From Mobula hypostoma (lineage: Eukaryota): 64,000 nucleotides of DNA. A program made the translations under genes and the position numbers. Under the pieces are notes generated by a model, which saw nothing but the letters and a program-made list of their open reading frames with translations, was not told where the DNA came from and ran no database searches. How positions within the stretch are numbered: position 1 is the stretch's first letter; every line of letters starts with the position of its first letter. The stretch lies in contig NC_086108.1 in NCBI RefSeq assembly GCF_963921235.1, positions 51,090,001-51,154,000 on the forward strand, written 5' to 3'. Shown in pieces: positions 14,071-28,000 of this stretch.

Positions 14071-14350
14071 TGGGACACCCACACTCTTTGATTCTTATAA
14101 ACGATTTAGATGAGAAAGTGGAAAGGTGGGTTAGTAAATCTGTAGATGACACAAAGATTGGTGGTGTTGTGGATAACACAGATTATTCTACACTGTAGAA
14201 GATTGTTGTAGGTTAAAACAGGACATGGGTTGGATGCAGAGCAGGGCTGAGAAATGCCAGGTGGCCTTCAATTCGGAAAAGTGTGAAGTGATACACTTTG
14301 GAAGGTTGAACTTGAAAGCAGAGTACAGGGTTAATTGCAGAATATTAACC
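14071..14350 (+). mobile_element. CR1 RT fragment, resuming after the hAT
   Basis: INDLDEKVERWVSKSVDDTKIGGVVD and FNSEKCEVIHFGR motifs. Confidence 0.8.
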
Positions 14351-15089
14351 AAATAGAATTAGAAAGGCATGTAGGTCGGTATGAATGAGTTGGGCTTGTT
14401 TCTGTGCTGCTTTAATTTTCAATCTATTAATGTTAATGTACAATTTGTAGTACATTTATCCTTGAACCAGTTAATTTGACATTGAACTTTATAATTAGAT
14501 GTGGTTCATAAATTCTGTTCATGTCATGTAGTGGGCTGGTCCACAGAAAATTCAGGGTGAAGGCATCGTTAACCTGAAATAATAGGGGATTTGTTTTGTG
14601 TGAACATGTCATTTACCAAAACACTTCCGATTTTATTTGTTTTGCTGTAATGTGGATATGGATGTCAAATGTCAAGCTTATGGTTTAATAATAGATTTTA
14701 CAGTATCAAAGAATGCTGCTGTTTACATCACCAAAAGAAATCAAAATTTTCAATTCCTTTTTTTCCCCCTCACAGAACTATTGAGTAGAATAAGGGTATA
14801 AAAAAAATCACCTCAACACTATAATGCTTGTAAATAAATGCATCATAGGTTGAAGCACCAAGTCTTTTCTAAAAGGTTTGGAGCTTCATTTCCTGTCCAA
14901 TTTTGATTAACCATTATGCAACGATAGGACAATAGATGCAAAGAAAAAAACTGCCCTTAGCAACCTGAATAAAAAAGAGGAGAGAAATGCATTGTGCTAC
15001 CATTCCTGACAAACTCCAAAGATCAGCATGCAAGAGCAATGATGTAAATGAAAAACAAGCTCCTGCAAAAAGAATGCGAAGTTTGTGTG

Positions 15090-15410
15090 GGACAACCTTT
15101 GTTGTATTCGTCCGGCACGGAAACCACTGATAGTATACATTGATCACAACCCATTAGTGTTTTTGGCCACTATGAAGGATAAAAACAAAAGGTTGCTAAG
15201 TTGGAGCCTGGTCTTAGAGGAATTTGATATCAAAATAAAACATATAAAAGGAACGAAAAATGTGATTGTTGACTGTCTGTCAAGGTGTTGAAAACTTAAA
15301 AGTTCTCTGTATTAGCCGAATAGCTGATGACCATGTATATTAGTGTGTATCTAATAATGTATTCATGCCCATAATTTTTACTCCGGTAAAAATCCTTTGA
15401 CAGATAGGGG
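15090..15410 (+). mobile_element. Ty3/Gypsy pol C-terminus (RNase H) plus polypurine tract
   Basis: PLIVYIDHNPLVFL...RLLSWSLVLEEFDIKIKHIKGTKNVIVDCLSRC* (Gypsy RNase H DH.PL / N..AD.LSR motif); PPT-like agatagggg at 15402-15410. Confidence 0.85.
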
Positions 15411-16221
15411 TGTGACGAAAAACCAGGTTATCAGAAGATTGATGCTAATGAGAGAGAGATAAGTGAGACAATGGAGATACATTCAAAATGCTAATAAGAG
15501 AGAAGAGAGAGATTAACGAGAAAGAAACACATTTCAGAATATTGACAGACCGGTTGCTTTGAACCTGAACTGTTTGAAGTTTGATGGACAGGCGATACCC
15601 CAGCAGGAGGATAAAAAGAACAGGTTCGCTAAGGCACGACACACACCACGAGATAACGAGACCCTGGAAGAACGGTGTGCCCCCACAAGTTGGTAGAGTT
15701 TGGAGGTCTGGTCGCGGGAACCGACCATAGACGCACAGGGTGAAAGGGTACGATTGGCGGGAACCTGGTCTGTGTGTCCGCCCTTGCCTGGGTGCCGGGT
15801 TCACCGCGGAAGAACGGTCGTATCCGGAGCGGAGGGGTCACAGTAGGTGACCACAGAAGACATAAAAAAGGGTCCACCCGAAAGCCAACTGCAAAGAACA
15901 TCGAAGGTCTGCTGAATAAGATTTGCATATCTCTCTCTCTCTCTCCAACAGCGATTACTGCGAACTGTACTAAGCTGAACTGAACTCTGCGTCACTTGAG
16001 ACTGACCATTTTACCCCTAGACTGCGATAGAGCTTGGTTGATTCCTATTACCCTGGTTCTGTGTACATGTCTGTTTTATCATTGCTAACCTGCTGCATTT
16101 ATATCCTTACGATTAGAGTACTGTGTTACTTATTTCTTTAATAAAACTTTATTAGCTTCTGTTAAACCAGACTCCAACTAAGTGGTCCATTTCTGCTGGT
16201 TTGGCAACCCAGTTACGGACA
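15411..16221 (+). mobile_element. Gypsy 3' LTR
   Basis: Starts TGTGACG directly after the PPT; TATA-like gataaaa near 15610, CpG-rich middle, AATAAA at 16140; right end (CA at 16220-16221) tentative. Confidence 0.7.
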
Positions 16222-17079
16222 GGAATATTAATTGTTCAGCTTTAACCAAAACAATCAGTGAAGTAGAAAGCACAGTTTCATGTAAATAGTAAACGATTTG
16301 GAGACATTTTTTGACTGACTACATTATTCAATTGCTTGCAATCAACTTTCAATTCCAAGTCTACAACAATGACCTATATTTATAAATGGCTATTAATAAA
16401 GTGTTATATGGCATTTTGTAGGAAAGTCAAAATAATACACAATCACGAGCTAGATAAAGAGCTATTAGGGCTGAAGCATGCCTCCAATTGGCAGAGCAAT
16501 AAGTATATACAAGAAGCCAGGTGAGGAGGAACATTGAGATTTTGAAGTGTATAGGACCGCATGAGATTACAGATACATAATGGTGAGGATCCAGAAGCAT
16601 CAGAAGGTAACAATGAAGATTTTTACAACTGGTGCATTGTTAGGTCAAAACACAATGTAGGAGGACAGCACATGGTTATGTATGAAAGAAACATGGTTTG
16701 AATTAGAATAGGAACACAGAGCTTTAAATTTATGGGCAACAATAAAAGCATTAATCCACTTGTAAAGGCAAATACAGAAAGTGGAAAGAGGCAACCTTGG
16801 TGATGGGTGCAATTATCCGGTCAGAATCTCAGAGAAACTAGGATAAATGCCTTCACCCTCACTGTGGTAAATCTATGGAATTACTACCTATGATAGCACT
16901 AGAGAGTCAGCCACTGAATAGACTTAAGACAGAAAAAGATAAAATAATGAGACATTAAAGGAACGAAGGGATATGAAGTTAATGGATAAAAATGAATCTG
17001 AGATAAAAAGACATTTTTTGTATCAGAACATACAAAAAACATTTGTATGTTTCTGTCAGAATAAAAGGAGAGAAATAAT

Positions 17080-18275
17080 ATGTTTCGGGAACCTTGGTTT
17101 TCAAGAGATATTGAAGTCCCGGTTAAGAAGATGGTGCATATCAGATATAGGTAGCAAGGAACAAATGAGGCAATTTACTCAAGAAATGTAAAAGAACACT
17201 TAAGAAGGAAATCAGAAGGGCTAAAAGAAGGCATGTGGTTGCTCTAGCAGACAAGGTGAAGGAGTATCCTGAGGGCTTCTCCAGATATACAGTATTAAGA
17301 GCAAAAGGATAGCAAAGGACAAAATTGGTCCTTTTGAAGATCAGCGTGGTTATCTATGTATGGAGTCAAAACAAATGGGGGAGATCTTAAATAGATTTAT
17401 TGCATCTGTATTACAGGAGAGATGGACACAAAGTCTATAGAAGTGAGGCAAAACAGTAGTGAGGTCAGCTGCTATGTAAGAATTACAGTGGAGGATGTGT
17501 CTTGAGGCAAATTAGGGTGGATAAACACCAGGGCCTAATACAGTGTTCCCTTGGACCTTGTGGGAAGCTAGTAAAGAAAGTGCAGGGGCCCTTACAGAGG
17601 TATTTAAAACATCCTTAGCCACAAGTGAGATCCCAGAGAATTGGACAATAGCTATTGTTGCTCCATTGCTTAAGAAAGGCTCTAAGAATAAAGCTGGGAA
17701 ATTATAGACCGGTAAGCATGCTATCAGTAGTGGGTGAGTTACTGGAAGGCATTATTTGAAATATATTTAAAATTTGAAATTATTTATAATTTGAATATAC
17801 AGGAACTGATTAGGGATAGTCAACAAAGCTTCATGCATTGTATGTCCCGTCTAGACAATTTTAGGGTTTTTTGAAGAAGTTACCGAGAATGTTGATGACT
17901 GGAAAGGCAGTGGATGTTGCCTACATGGACTTTAGCAAGGTCTTTGACAAGGTCACGCATGGGAGTTGGTCAAGGAGGTTCAGTCACTTGACATTTAAAA
18001 TGAGGTAGTAAGTTTGATTAGACATTGACTTTGCAGGGGAAGACAGAGTGGTAATAAATGGATTCCTCGCCGACTGGAGACCTGTGACCAGTGGTGTAAC
18101 ATATGGATCCGTACTGGGTCCGTTGTTGTTTGCCGTTTATAGCAACAATCTGGATGATAATGTGGTAAGCTGGATCAGCAACTATGCAAATGTCACCAAG
18201 AATGGGGTGTAGTGGACAACGAGGAAGGCTATCAAAGCTTGTTGTGGGATCTGGACTGGGCTGCAAAATGATAGA
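17080..18275 (+). mobile_element. Degraded CR1 ORF2 middle/RT fragment
   Basis: Similar to 45550-46540 and 47820-47980; ggaaattatagacc, gactttagcaaggtctttgacaagg (DFSK.FDK) motifs. Confidence 0.8.
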
Positions 18276-18454
18276 CAGCAAGAGCAAGCAAGAGAGAGAG
18301 AGTAGTTCAGTAGTTAGATTGTGCAGAGACTAAAAGCAACATTTTATTCTTCCCAGTGTTTGCGTGAAAGAAATTTTAATTCTTCTGCTTGGACATATCC
18401 TTTACATTGTACTGTAGCAATCCTCCATTTATACATTTCAATCTCTACTTTGGG

Positions 18455-18811
18455 TGGCGGTGTGGAGACACTGAACGTCTCAGACAAAGGAAGAGTAAGA
18501 CACCCCTTCCCTCTACTAGCCTGCAGGTCACCCTTGGGCATGGTGTGGTACCTGCTTAAGAACCCTCCCCGCAAACTGGGTCACATGAAGCCAATGGAGG
18601 TGACAGATGGTCGTATGAGCAGCTGGTGCATATCACAAGTCCTGGTTAAGCGACCACAGATTCCAGGCAATCTCTGAAGAGTACTGATAATGGCTGGGGT
18701 CCTCTATTTTGTAAAGACACTGCCCAGAAAGCAGCAGCAGCAAACCATTTCTGTGAAAAAATCTGCCAAGAACAATCATGGAAAGACCATGATCCCCACA
18801 TCATACAACAT
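18455..18811 (+). mobile_element. SINE-like element body and tail (RTE-type 3' end), interrupted at its tail by CR1; tail resumes ~22811-22826
   Basis: gcaaaccatttctgtg...gccaagaacaatcatgga resembles RTE/Bov-A type tails as I recall them; gacaccccttcc resembles the end of the SINE at 49150. Confidence 0.45.
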
Positions 18812-21800
18812 AGAACATAGAATAGTATAGCACATTACAGGCCCTTCGGCCCACAATGATGTGCCAACCCTCAAAACCTGCCTCCCATATAACCCCCACC
18901 TTAAATTCCTCCATATACCTGTCTAGTAGTCTCTTAAACCACGAGTGTATCTGCCTCCACCATTGACTCAGGCAGTGCATTCCATGCACCAACCACTCTC
19001 TGAGTAAAAAACCTTCCTCTAATATCCCCTTGAACTTCCCACCCCTTACCTTAAAGCCATGTCCTCTTGTATTGAGCAGTGGTGCCCTGGGGAAGAGGCG
19101 CTGGCTATCCACTCTATCTATACCTCCTAATATCTTGTATACCTCTATCATGTCTCCTCTCATCCTCCTTCTCTCCAAAGAGTAAAGCCCTAGCTCCCTT
19201 AATCTCTGATCATAATCCATACTCTCTAAACCAGGCAGCATCCTGGTGAATCTCTTTACCCTTTCCAATGCTTCCACATCCTTCCTATAGTGAGGTGACC
19301 AGAACTGGACACAGTACTCCAAGTGTGGCCTAACGAGAGTTTTATAGAGCTGTATCATTACATCACAACTCTTAAACTCTATCCCTCGACTTATGAAAGC
19401 TAACACCCCATAAGCTTTCATAACTACCCTATCTACCTGTGAGACAACTTTCAGGGATCTGTGGACATGTACCCCCAGATCCCTCTGCTCCTCCTCACTA
19501 CCAAGTATCCTGCCATTTACTTTGTACTCTGCCTTGGAGTTTGTCCTTCCAAAGTGTACCACCTCACACTTCTCCGGGTTGAACTCCATCTGCAACTTCT
19601 CAGCCCACTTCTGCATCCTATCAATGTCTCTCTGCAATCTTTGACAATCCTCTACACTATCTACGACACCACCAACCTTTGTGTCGTCTGCAAACTTGCC
19701 AACCCACCCTTCTATCCCCACATCCAGGTCGTCAATAAAAATCACGAAAAGTAGAGGTCCCAGAACAGATCCTTGTGGGACACGACTACTCACAATCCTC
19801 CAATCTGAATGTACTCCCTCCACCACAGCCCTCTCATCTTCTGCAGGCAAGCCAATTCTGAATCCACCTGGCCAAACATCCCTGGATCCCATGCCTTCTG
19901 ACTTTCTGAATAAGCCTACCATGTGGAACCTTGTCAAATGCCTTACTAAAATCCATGTAGATCACATCCACTGCACTACCCTCAGCTATATGCCTGGTCA
20001 CCTCCTCAAAGAACTCTATCAGGCTTGTTAGACACGATCTGCCCTTCACAAAGCCATGCTGACTGTTCCTGATCAGACCATGATTCTCTAAATGCCCACA
20101 GATCCTATCCTAAGAATCTTTTCCAACAGCTTTCCCACCACAGACGTAAGGCTCACTGGCCTATAATTACCTGGACTATCCCTACTACCTTTTTTGAACA
20201 AGGGGACAACATTTGCCTCCCTCCAGTCCTCCGGTACCATTCCCGTGGACAATGAGGACATAAAGATCCTAGCCAGAGGCTCACCAATCTCTTCCCTCGC
20301 CTCATGGAGCAGCCTGGGGTATATTCCGTCAGGGCCCGGGGACTTACCCGTCCTAATGTATTTTAACAACTCCAATACCTCCTCTCCCTTAATATCAACA
20401 AGCTCCAGAACATCAACCTCACTCATATTGTCCTCACCATCATCAAATTCCCTCTCATTGGTGAATACCGAAGAGAAGTATTCATTGAGGACCTCACTGA
20501 CTTCCACAGCCTCCAGGCACATCTTCCGACCTTTATCTCTAATCTGTCCTACCTTCACTCCTGTCATCCTTTTGTTCTTCACATAATTGAAGAATGCCTT
20601 GGGGTTTTCCTTTACCCTACTTGCCAAGGCCTTCTCATGCCCCCTTCTTGCTCTTCTCAGCCCCTTCTTAAGCTCCTTTCGTGCTTCCCTATATTCCTCA
20701 ATAGACCCATCTGATCCTTGCTTTCTAAACCTCATGTATGCTGCCACCTGACTAGATTTTCCACCTCACTTGTCACCCATGGTTCTTTCACCCTACCATT
20801 CTTTATCTTCCTCACCGGGGCAAATTTATCCGTAACATCCAGCAAGAGGTCCCTAAACATCGACCACGTGTCCATAGTACATTTCCCTGCAAAATCATCA
20901 TCCCAATTCACACCTGCAAGGTCTAGCCCTATAGCCTCATAATTTGCCCGTCCCCAATTAAAAATTTTCCTGTCCTCTCTGATTCTATCCTTTTCCATGA
21001 TAATGCTAAAGGCCAGGGAGCGGTGGTCACCGTCCCCCAGATGCTCACCCGCTGAGAGATCTGTGACCTGACCCGGTTCATTACCTAGTACCAGATCTAG
21101 TATGGTATTCCCCCTAGTCGGCCTGTCCTCATATTGTGACAGGAATCCATCCTGGACACACTTAACAAACTCTGCCCCATCTAAACCATTTGAACTAATC
21201 AGGTGCCAATCAATATTAGGGAAGTTAAAGTCACCCATGATAACAACCCTGTTATTTTTGCACCTTTCCAAAATCTGTCTCCCAATCTGCTCCTCTGTAT
21301 CTCTGCTGCTACCAGGGGGCCTATAGAATACCCCCAATAGAGTAACTGCTCCCTTCCTGTTCCTGACTTCCACCCATACTGACTCAAAAGAGGATCCTGC
21401 TACATTATCCACCCTTTCTGTAGCTGTAATAGTATCCTTGACCAGTAATGCCACCCCTCCTCCCCTTTATCCCCCCCCCCCCATCCCTTTTAAAGCACTG
21501 AAATCCAGGAATATTGAGAATCCATTCCTGTCCTGGTGCCAGCCAAGTCTCTGTAGTGGCCACTACATCATAATTCCATGTATGTATCCAAGCTCTCAAT
21601 TCATCACCTTTGTTCCTGATGCTTCTTGCATTGAGGTACACACACTTCAACCCTTCTGCCTTACTACCTTTACACCGTTTATTCTGCTTCTCTCTCCTCA
21701 AAGCCTCTCTATATGTTAGATCTGGCTTTACTCCATGCACTTCTTTCACTGCCCTATCGCTCCAGGTCCCATCCCCTTTGCAAATTAATTTAAACCCTCC

Positions 21801-22810
21801 CGAACCATGCTAGCAAACCTACCTGCAAGGATATTGCTCCACCTTGGGTTCAGGTGCAACCCATCCAAATCTGTACAGGTCCCACCCTTCCCAGAAGAGA
21901 TCCCAATAATCCAAAAATTTAAAACCCTGCTCCCTGCACCAACTCCTCAGCCACGCATTCAACTGCCATCTCCTCCAATTCTTACCATCACTGTCACGTA
22001 GCACTGCAGCAATCCTGAGAACGCCACCCTTGAGGTCCTGTTCTTCAGCCTTCTGCCTATTTCCCGAAACTCACACTTCAGGACCTCATCCCTCTTCCCG
22101 CCTATGTCGTTTGTACCAACATGTATCACGACTTCTGGTTGCCTTCCCTCTCATACCAGGATGTCGTGTACCCAGTCAGGGACATCCCGGACCCTGGCAG
22201 CCGGGAGGCAACAAACTATGCGGGTGTCCTTTTCATGTCCACAAAATCTCCTGTCTGCTCCCCTGACTACAGAGACCCCAATGACGACAGCTCTCCTCTT
22301 CTCCATCCCAACCTTCCTCACCACGGGGTCAGACTCAGTGCCGGAGGCCCTGCCAACATTGCTCACACCTGGACGGTCGCCCCGCCAACAGTATGCAGGA
22401 CGGTAAACTTATTATTCAAGGAAATGCCTACAGGGGTGCTCTGCACTACCTGTCTGCTCACCTTCGCTTTTCCCCCCTCTGACTGTTACCCAACGACCTG
22501 CTTCCGACAGCCTCCCTGTAGCTCTCATCTATGACTGCCTCATTCTCCCTTATGAGTCGAAGGTCATCCAGCTGCTGCTCCAGATCTCCCAGCCATATGC
22601 ACTTCTGGCAGATGTGACTCTGCGGGAGAGGGGCATTCCCCCAAGACTGCCACATCTCACATGAGAGGCACATCACCGTCTCAGGAGGCATTGTAAAGAC
22701 TAACTGCGAGCAAGCTTGTCCTCCGCCTCTTCTCGTCGAAGCCTCTCGAGTCAAAGCCTCAAAGCTCCACTCTTTCACTGGCCCACTCACTGTCTGGCCG
22801 CTTTCCACAT
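18812..22810 (-). mobile_element. Essentially full-length CR1 LINE (~4 kb): ORF1 (Cys-rich, zipper, SGNH esterase) plus ORF2 (APE endonuclease, RT), frameshifted
   Basis: ORF1 pieces MCLSCEMW..HICQKC..LEQQLDDLRLIRE and RRAVVIG.SVVRG; ORF2 pieces CVYLNARSIRN, GDFNFP, NYRPVSLTS, DFSKAFDKVPH, PQGSVLGP, KFADD; agaacat-repeat tail; possible TSD aacat (18807-18811 and 22811-22815). Confidence 0.95.
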
Positions 22811-22882
22811 AACATGGCATATAAGAAACAAATCTCCATTTAAGTGCTTGAACGAAAGATAAAAATTGTTAAATGAGTGCTA

Positions 22883-23041
<159 letters not shown>

Positions 23042-23596
23042 CTATGAGTGAGGTCTGCACATTAATTGCAAATTTCTAATTGCCATTGTGAAAACTGAAC
23101 TGCTGCAGTCAAATTAAAAGAGGAGTTCTGCAATTTCTGTATCAGCAACAATCAAGGAATAGCTCGTCAAAGTCAGGATGGTGAAACTTTGTGGAAAATT
23201 CAAAGGCTTATGACTACTACTACTTTGGGAGTCAGGTCAGGGCCTTGCCTTGCTACTGGTACCACGTAGCCCAGTACTACCTGTCTTGGGTCGGGTTGTC
23301 GGCGACTCAACCGGCACACCTCCTGGTGCTCTTCGGTTAACCAGGGAGGAGGGTGTGTGGCACCCAGCAGGACTAAAAACAAAACCTGTCAAAGGGCGGA
23401 TGAACTCTTTGTGAGTCAACAGCCACCTACTGTCTGCGTGAGGAGTGGCGCACCACACAGTCTTTCGTTTCACGCCTTGAAAGGCAAGGCAAAGGCTTAA
23501 ATACTACTTTAATACAGCAATGAATCTTTGAAAGCAAATTGCATAGCTAGCTGAATATAAGTGCAATTGATCTTAAATGAAAAACTGAACTGAAGT

Positions 23597-24330
23597 ACAG
23601 GGGATTCCTGTTCATTGGGTCATCGTTTAATCGGAGCAGCCACTTAATTGGGACAACTCTTATAAAACAACATCAACACAATTGCCGGATTTCCCTTTGT
23701 TTATTTGGGACAATACGTACTTAATTGGAGTAGGATACTGTTGCCAACAGGTTCCAATTAGCATCAGCCACGTACACTCGTGTGACGGTTAAGATGTTTC
23801 ACAATGCTTAGAGTGAAAAGTTTTTAAATTGTGTCAGTTGTATGTGTTTCTGTTCAGAAACGCAATGATTTTTGTTACTGATAGCGAGAAATAAGCAGTA
23901 AGACAATTCAGAACTGTTCTGCTTACTGCAGTTTCATACATTTGGGCTTGGAGACGCCAGAGCAGGGAACGAAAATAAAAGATGACTTCATTACTTCAGC
24001 TGGTTAGGAACCATCAAGAATTTGGAGGTGTCGACAATTGTCTTAAATATTACAGTGGAAATGAAGATTTGGAGGATGTAATCGTTGAAAACATTGTTTG
24101 AAGACTGACCATTACCTGCACTAGGTGTTGTGATGAATTTGTTCACTTACAAGTCACTCAAAAAATATGGGAACATCAATAGATTAATCCCTCTGTCAAT
24201 AACTGTTATGAACTACTACACAGTTCTAAAATAGTTTTATAGTACTATAGTAGTATTGGTCATATGTTAATTTGTTCCATGTTTCATTCAAATACACAAT
24301 TTGTTCCTCAGTTTGTCTTTTTATACCTTA
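23597..24330. mobile_element. Probable degraded non-autonomous Tigger-like element
   Basis: Starts TA-CAG with repeated ttaattggga/ttatttggga subterminal motifs; matching right TIR not found. Confidence 0.35.
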
Positions 24331-25037
24331 ATTTTTAACAGGTAATGATGGAAACATGATTGAATTTCCAGACATTATATTGAGCCTGGGAGATCTCTGC
24401 TCAATTATTTGCAGAACATTTTGCTGTTTATAGCAATGAGACATAGTCAGCAAAATTGTAGCCTTCATTTTTGGCTGATTCCTTATTCTGGGCAACCACT
24501 GTAGCTGTTTCTGCACTGGATCATTACTAGACTCCTGGGCTGCCCATGGTCATAGAGTGAGTGGTGGATCAGGTCATTAAGTTATAAAACACCTCAATGG
24601 CAACCACATTTATTTGATACAGAAGAACACAATTCTACATCCAAATGGCGACCAGATCTGTTCTTAACGCTACCAGATTCCTTTTTAACTGCCTTACTGA
24701 ATCCTTGTACCTTTGTTTGTTCAGGTAGGGTAAAACTTATAATATTCTTCAAAAAAGAAATACATTCTTCAACTTTTTCAACAAGAGACTCAAAACTAAA
24801 ACATAATTCTCCACAGAGATAGCATTTCATCCTTATATTAATGATTATGAAAAAATACATTATATTAAACAGAACTATCAGTATTTAGTATCAAATAAAC
24901 AGTTCAATTTTAACAAGTTATCAAAGAATTTTCAGAATCAGGTGTAATATCAATGGCATATGTTGTGAAATATGTTGCTTTGCAGCAGCAGTACTCTGCA
25001 ATACATAATTATATACACAAAATGAATTAAATAAGTA

Positions 25038-28000
25038 CAGGCCTACAATCCCTTATCCAAAATCCTTGGGGCCAGTTGCATTTCGGAATTCAGAATTTTT
25101 CGGATTTCAGAATTCCTCCTTATTGGTTCTGGGACTGCCCCCCCAGACACCAAAAAACACGTATGCTCAAGTCCCTTATTTAACCTGTCTCAGTGCGGTG
25201 GACTTTAAGACCCAGCGGAGCTCAGAGTCTATGCACATCCTCCCGTATAGTTTAAATCACCTCTAGATTACTTATAAACCATAAGACAAAGGAGCAGAAG
25301 TTGGCCATTCGGCCCATCCAGTCTGCTTCGCCATTTTCTCATGAGCTGATCCATTCTCCCATTTAGTCCCACTCCCCCGTCTTCTCACCATAACCTTTGA
25401 TGCCCTGGCTACTCAGATACCTATCAATCTCTGCCTTAAATACACCCAATGACTTGGCCTCCACTGCTACCCGTGGCAACAAATTCCATAGATTCACCAC
25501 CCTCTGACTAAAAAAATTTCTTCGCATTTCTGTTCTGAATGGGCGCCCTTCAATCCTTAAGTCATGCCCTCTCGTACTAGACTCCCCCATCATAGGAAAC
25601 AACTTTGCCACATCCACTCTGTCCATGCCTTTCAACATTCGAAATGTTTCTATGAGGTCTCCCCTCATTCTTCTAAACTCCAACGAATACAGTCCAAGAG
25701 CGGACAAACGTTCCTCATCTGTTAACCCTCTCATTCTCGGAATCAATTCTCATGAATCTTCTCTGTACCCTCTCCAACATCAGCACATCCTTTCTTAAAT
25801 GAGGAGACCAAATCTGCCCACAGTTCTCCAAGTGAGGTCTCACCAGCACCTTATAGAGCCTCAACATCACATCCCTGCTCCTATACTCTATTCCTCTAGA
25901 AATGAATGCCAACATTACATTCGCCTTCTTCACACCGACTCAACTTGGAGGTTAACCTTAAGGGTGTCCTGTACGAGGACTCCCAAGTCCCATTGCATCT
26001 CAGAACTAGGAATTCATTCCCCATTTAAATAATAGTCTGCCCGTTTATTTCTTCTGCCAAAGTGCATAACCATACACTTTCCAACACTGTATTTCATTTG
26101 CCACTTCTTTGCCCATTCTTCCAATCAATCCAAGTCTCTCTGCAGACTCTCCATTTCCTCAGCACTACTGGCCCCTCCACCTATCTTCATATCATCAGCA
26201 AACTTAGCCACAAAGCCATCTATTCCATAATCCAAATCGTTGATGTACAATGTAAAAAGAAGCAGCCCCAACAAGGACCCCTGTGGAACACCACTGGTAA
26301 CCGGCAGCCAACCAGAATAGGATCCATTTATTCCCACTCTCTGTTTCCTGCCAATCAGCCACATATTCTCTATCCACATATGTAACTTTCCCATAATTAC
26401 ATGGGCTCTTATCTTGTTAAGCAGCCTCATGTGTGGCACCTTGTCAAAGGCCTTCTGAAAGTCCAAATCTACAACATCCACTGCATCTCCCGTCTAGCCT
26501 ACTTGTAATTTCCCCAAAAAATTGTAATAGGTTTGTCAGGCAGGATTTTCCTTGAAGGAATCCATGCTGAGTTCTGCCTATCTTGTCATATGCCTCCAGG
26601 TACTCTGTAACCTCATCCTTGACAATCGACTCCAACAACTTCCCAACAACTGATGTCAAGCTAACAGGTCTATAATTTCATTTTTGCTTCCTTGCCCCCT
26701 TCTTAAATAGCGGAGTGACATTTGCAATCTTCCAGTCCTCCGGAACCATGCCAGAATCTATCGACTTTTGAAAGATCATCGCTAATGCCTCCGCAATCTC
26801 CACAGCTACTTCCTTTAGAACACGCGGGTACATTCCATCTGGTCCAGGAGATTTATCTACCTTTAGACTATTCAGCTTCCTGAGTACTTTCTCTGTCGTA
26901 ATTGTGACTGCGCACACTTCTCTTCCCTGCCACCCTTGAGTGTCCGGTATACTGCTGATGTCTTCCTCAGTGAAGACTGATGCAAAATACATGTTCAGTT
27001 CCTTTGCCATCTCCTTATCTCCCATTACAATTTCTCCAGCATCATTTTCTATCGGTCCTATATCTACTCTCACCTGTCTTTTACTCTTTATATACTTGAA
27101 AAGGCTTTTAGTATCCTCTTTGATATTATTTGCTAGCTTCCTTTTATAGTTAATCTTTTCCCTCTTAATGACCTTCTTAGTTTTCTTTTGTAGGTTTTAA
27201 AAACTTCCCAATCCTCTGTCTTCCCACTAATTTTTGCTTCCTTGTATGCCCTCTCCTTTGCTTTAACTTTGGCTTTGACTTCTCTTGTCAACCACAGTTG
27301 CATCCTTTTTCCATTCGAAAATTTCTTTTCTGGAATATACCTGTCTTGCACCTTCCTCACTTCTCGCATAAACTCCAGCCACTGCTGCTCTGCCATCTTT
27401 CCCGCCAGTGTCCCTTTCCAGTCAACTTTGGCCAGTTCCTCTCTCATGCCACTGTAATTTCCTTTACTTCACTGAAATACAGACACATCAGATTTCGGCT
27501 TCACTTTTTCAAATGCCACAGTGAACTCAATCATGTTATGATCACTGCCTCCTAAGGGTTCCTTCACCTCAATCTCTCTAATCACCCCCAGTTCATTACA
27601 CAATACCCAATCCAGTACAGCCGATCCCCTAGTGGGCTCAACAGCAAGCTGTTCTAAAAAGCCATCTCGCAGACATTCTACAAATTCTCTCTCTTGAGAT
27701 TCAGTGCCAACCTGATTTTCCCAATCCACTCGCATGTTAAAATCCCCCACAATTATCATAACACTGCCCTTTTGACAAGCCTTTTCTATTTCCTGTTGTA
27801 ATTTGTAGTCCACATCACTGCAGCTGTTTGGAGGCCTATAAATAACTGCCATCAGGGTCCTTTACCCCTGCAATTTCTTAGCTCAACCCATAAAGATTCT
27901 GCACCTTCCGATCCTATATCACCTCTTTCTAATGATTTAATATCATTTCTTACCAATAAAGCCACGCCTCCCCTCTGCCTACCTTCCTATCCTTCCAACA

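Noticed and set aside
24594..24860. 88-aa minus-strand ORF in unique sequence
   Set aside because: No recognisable domain or convincing splice context
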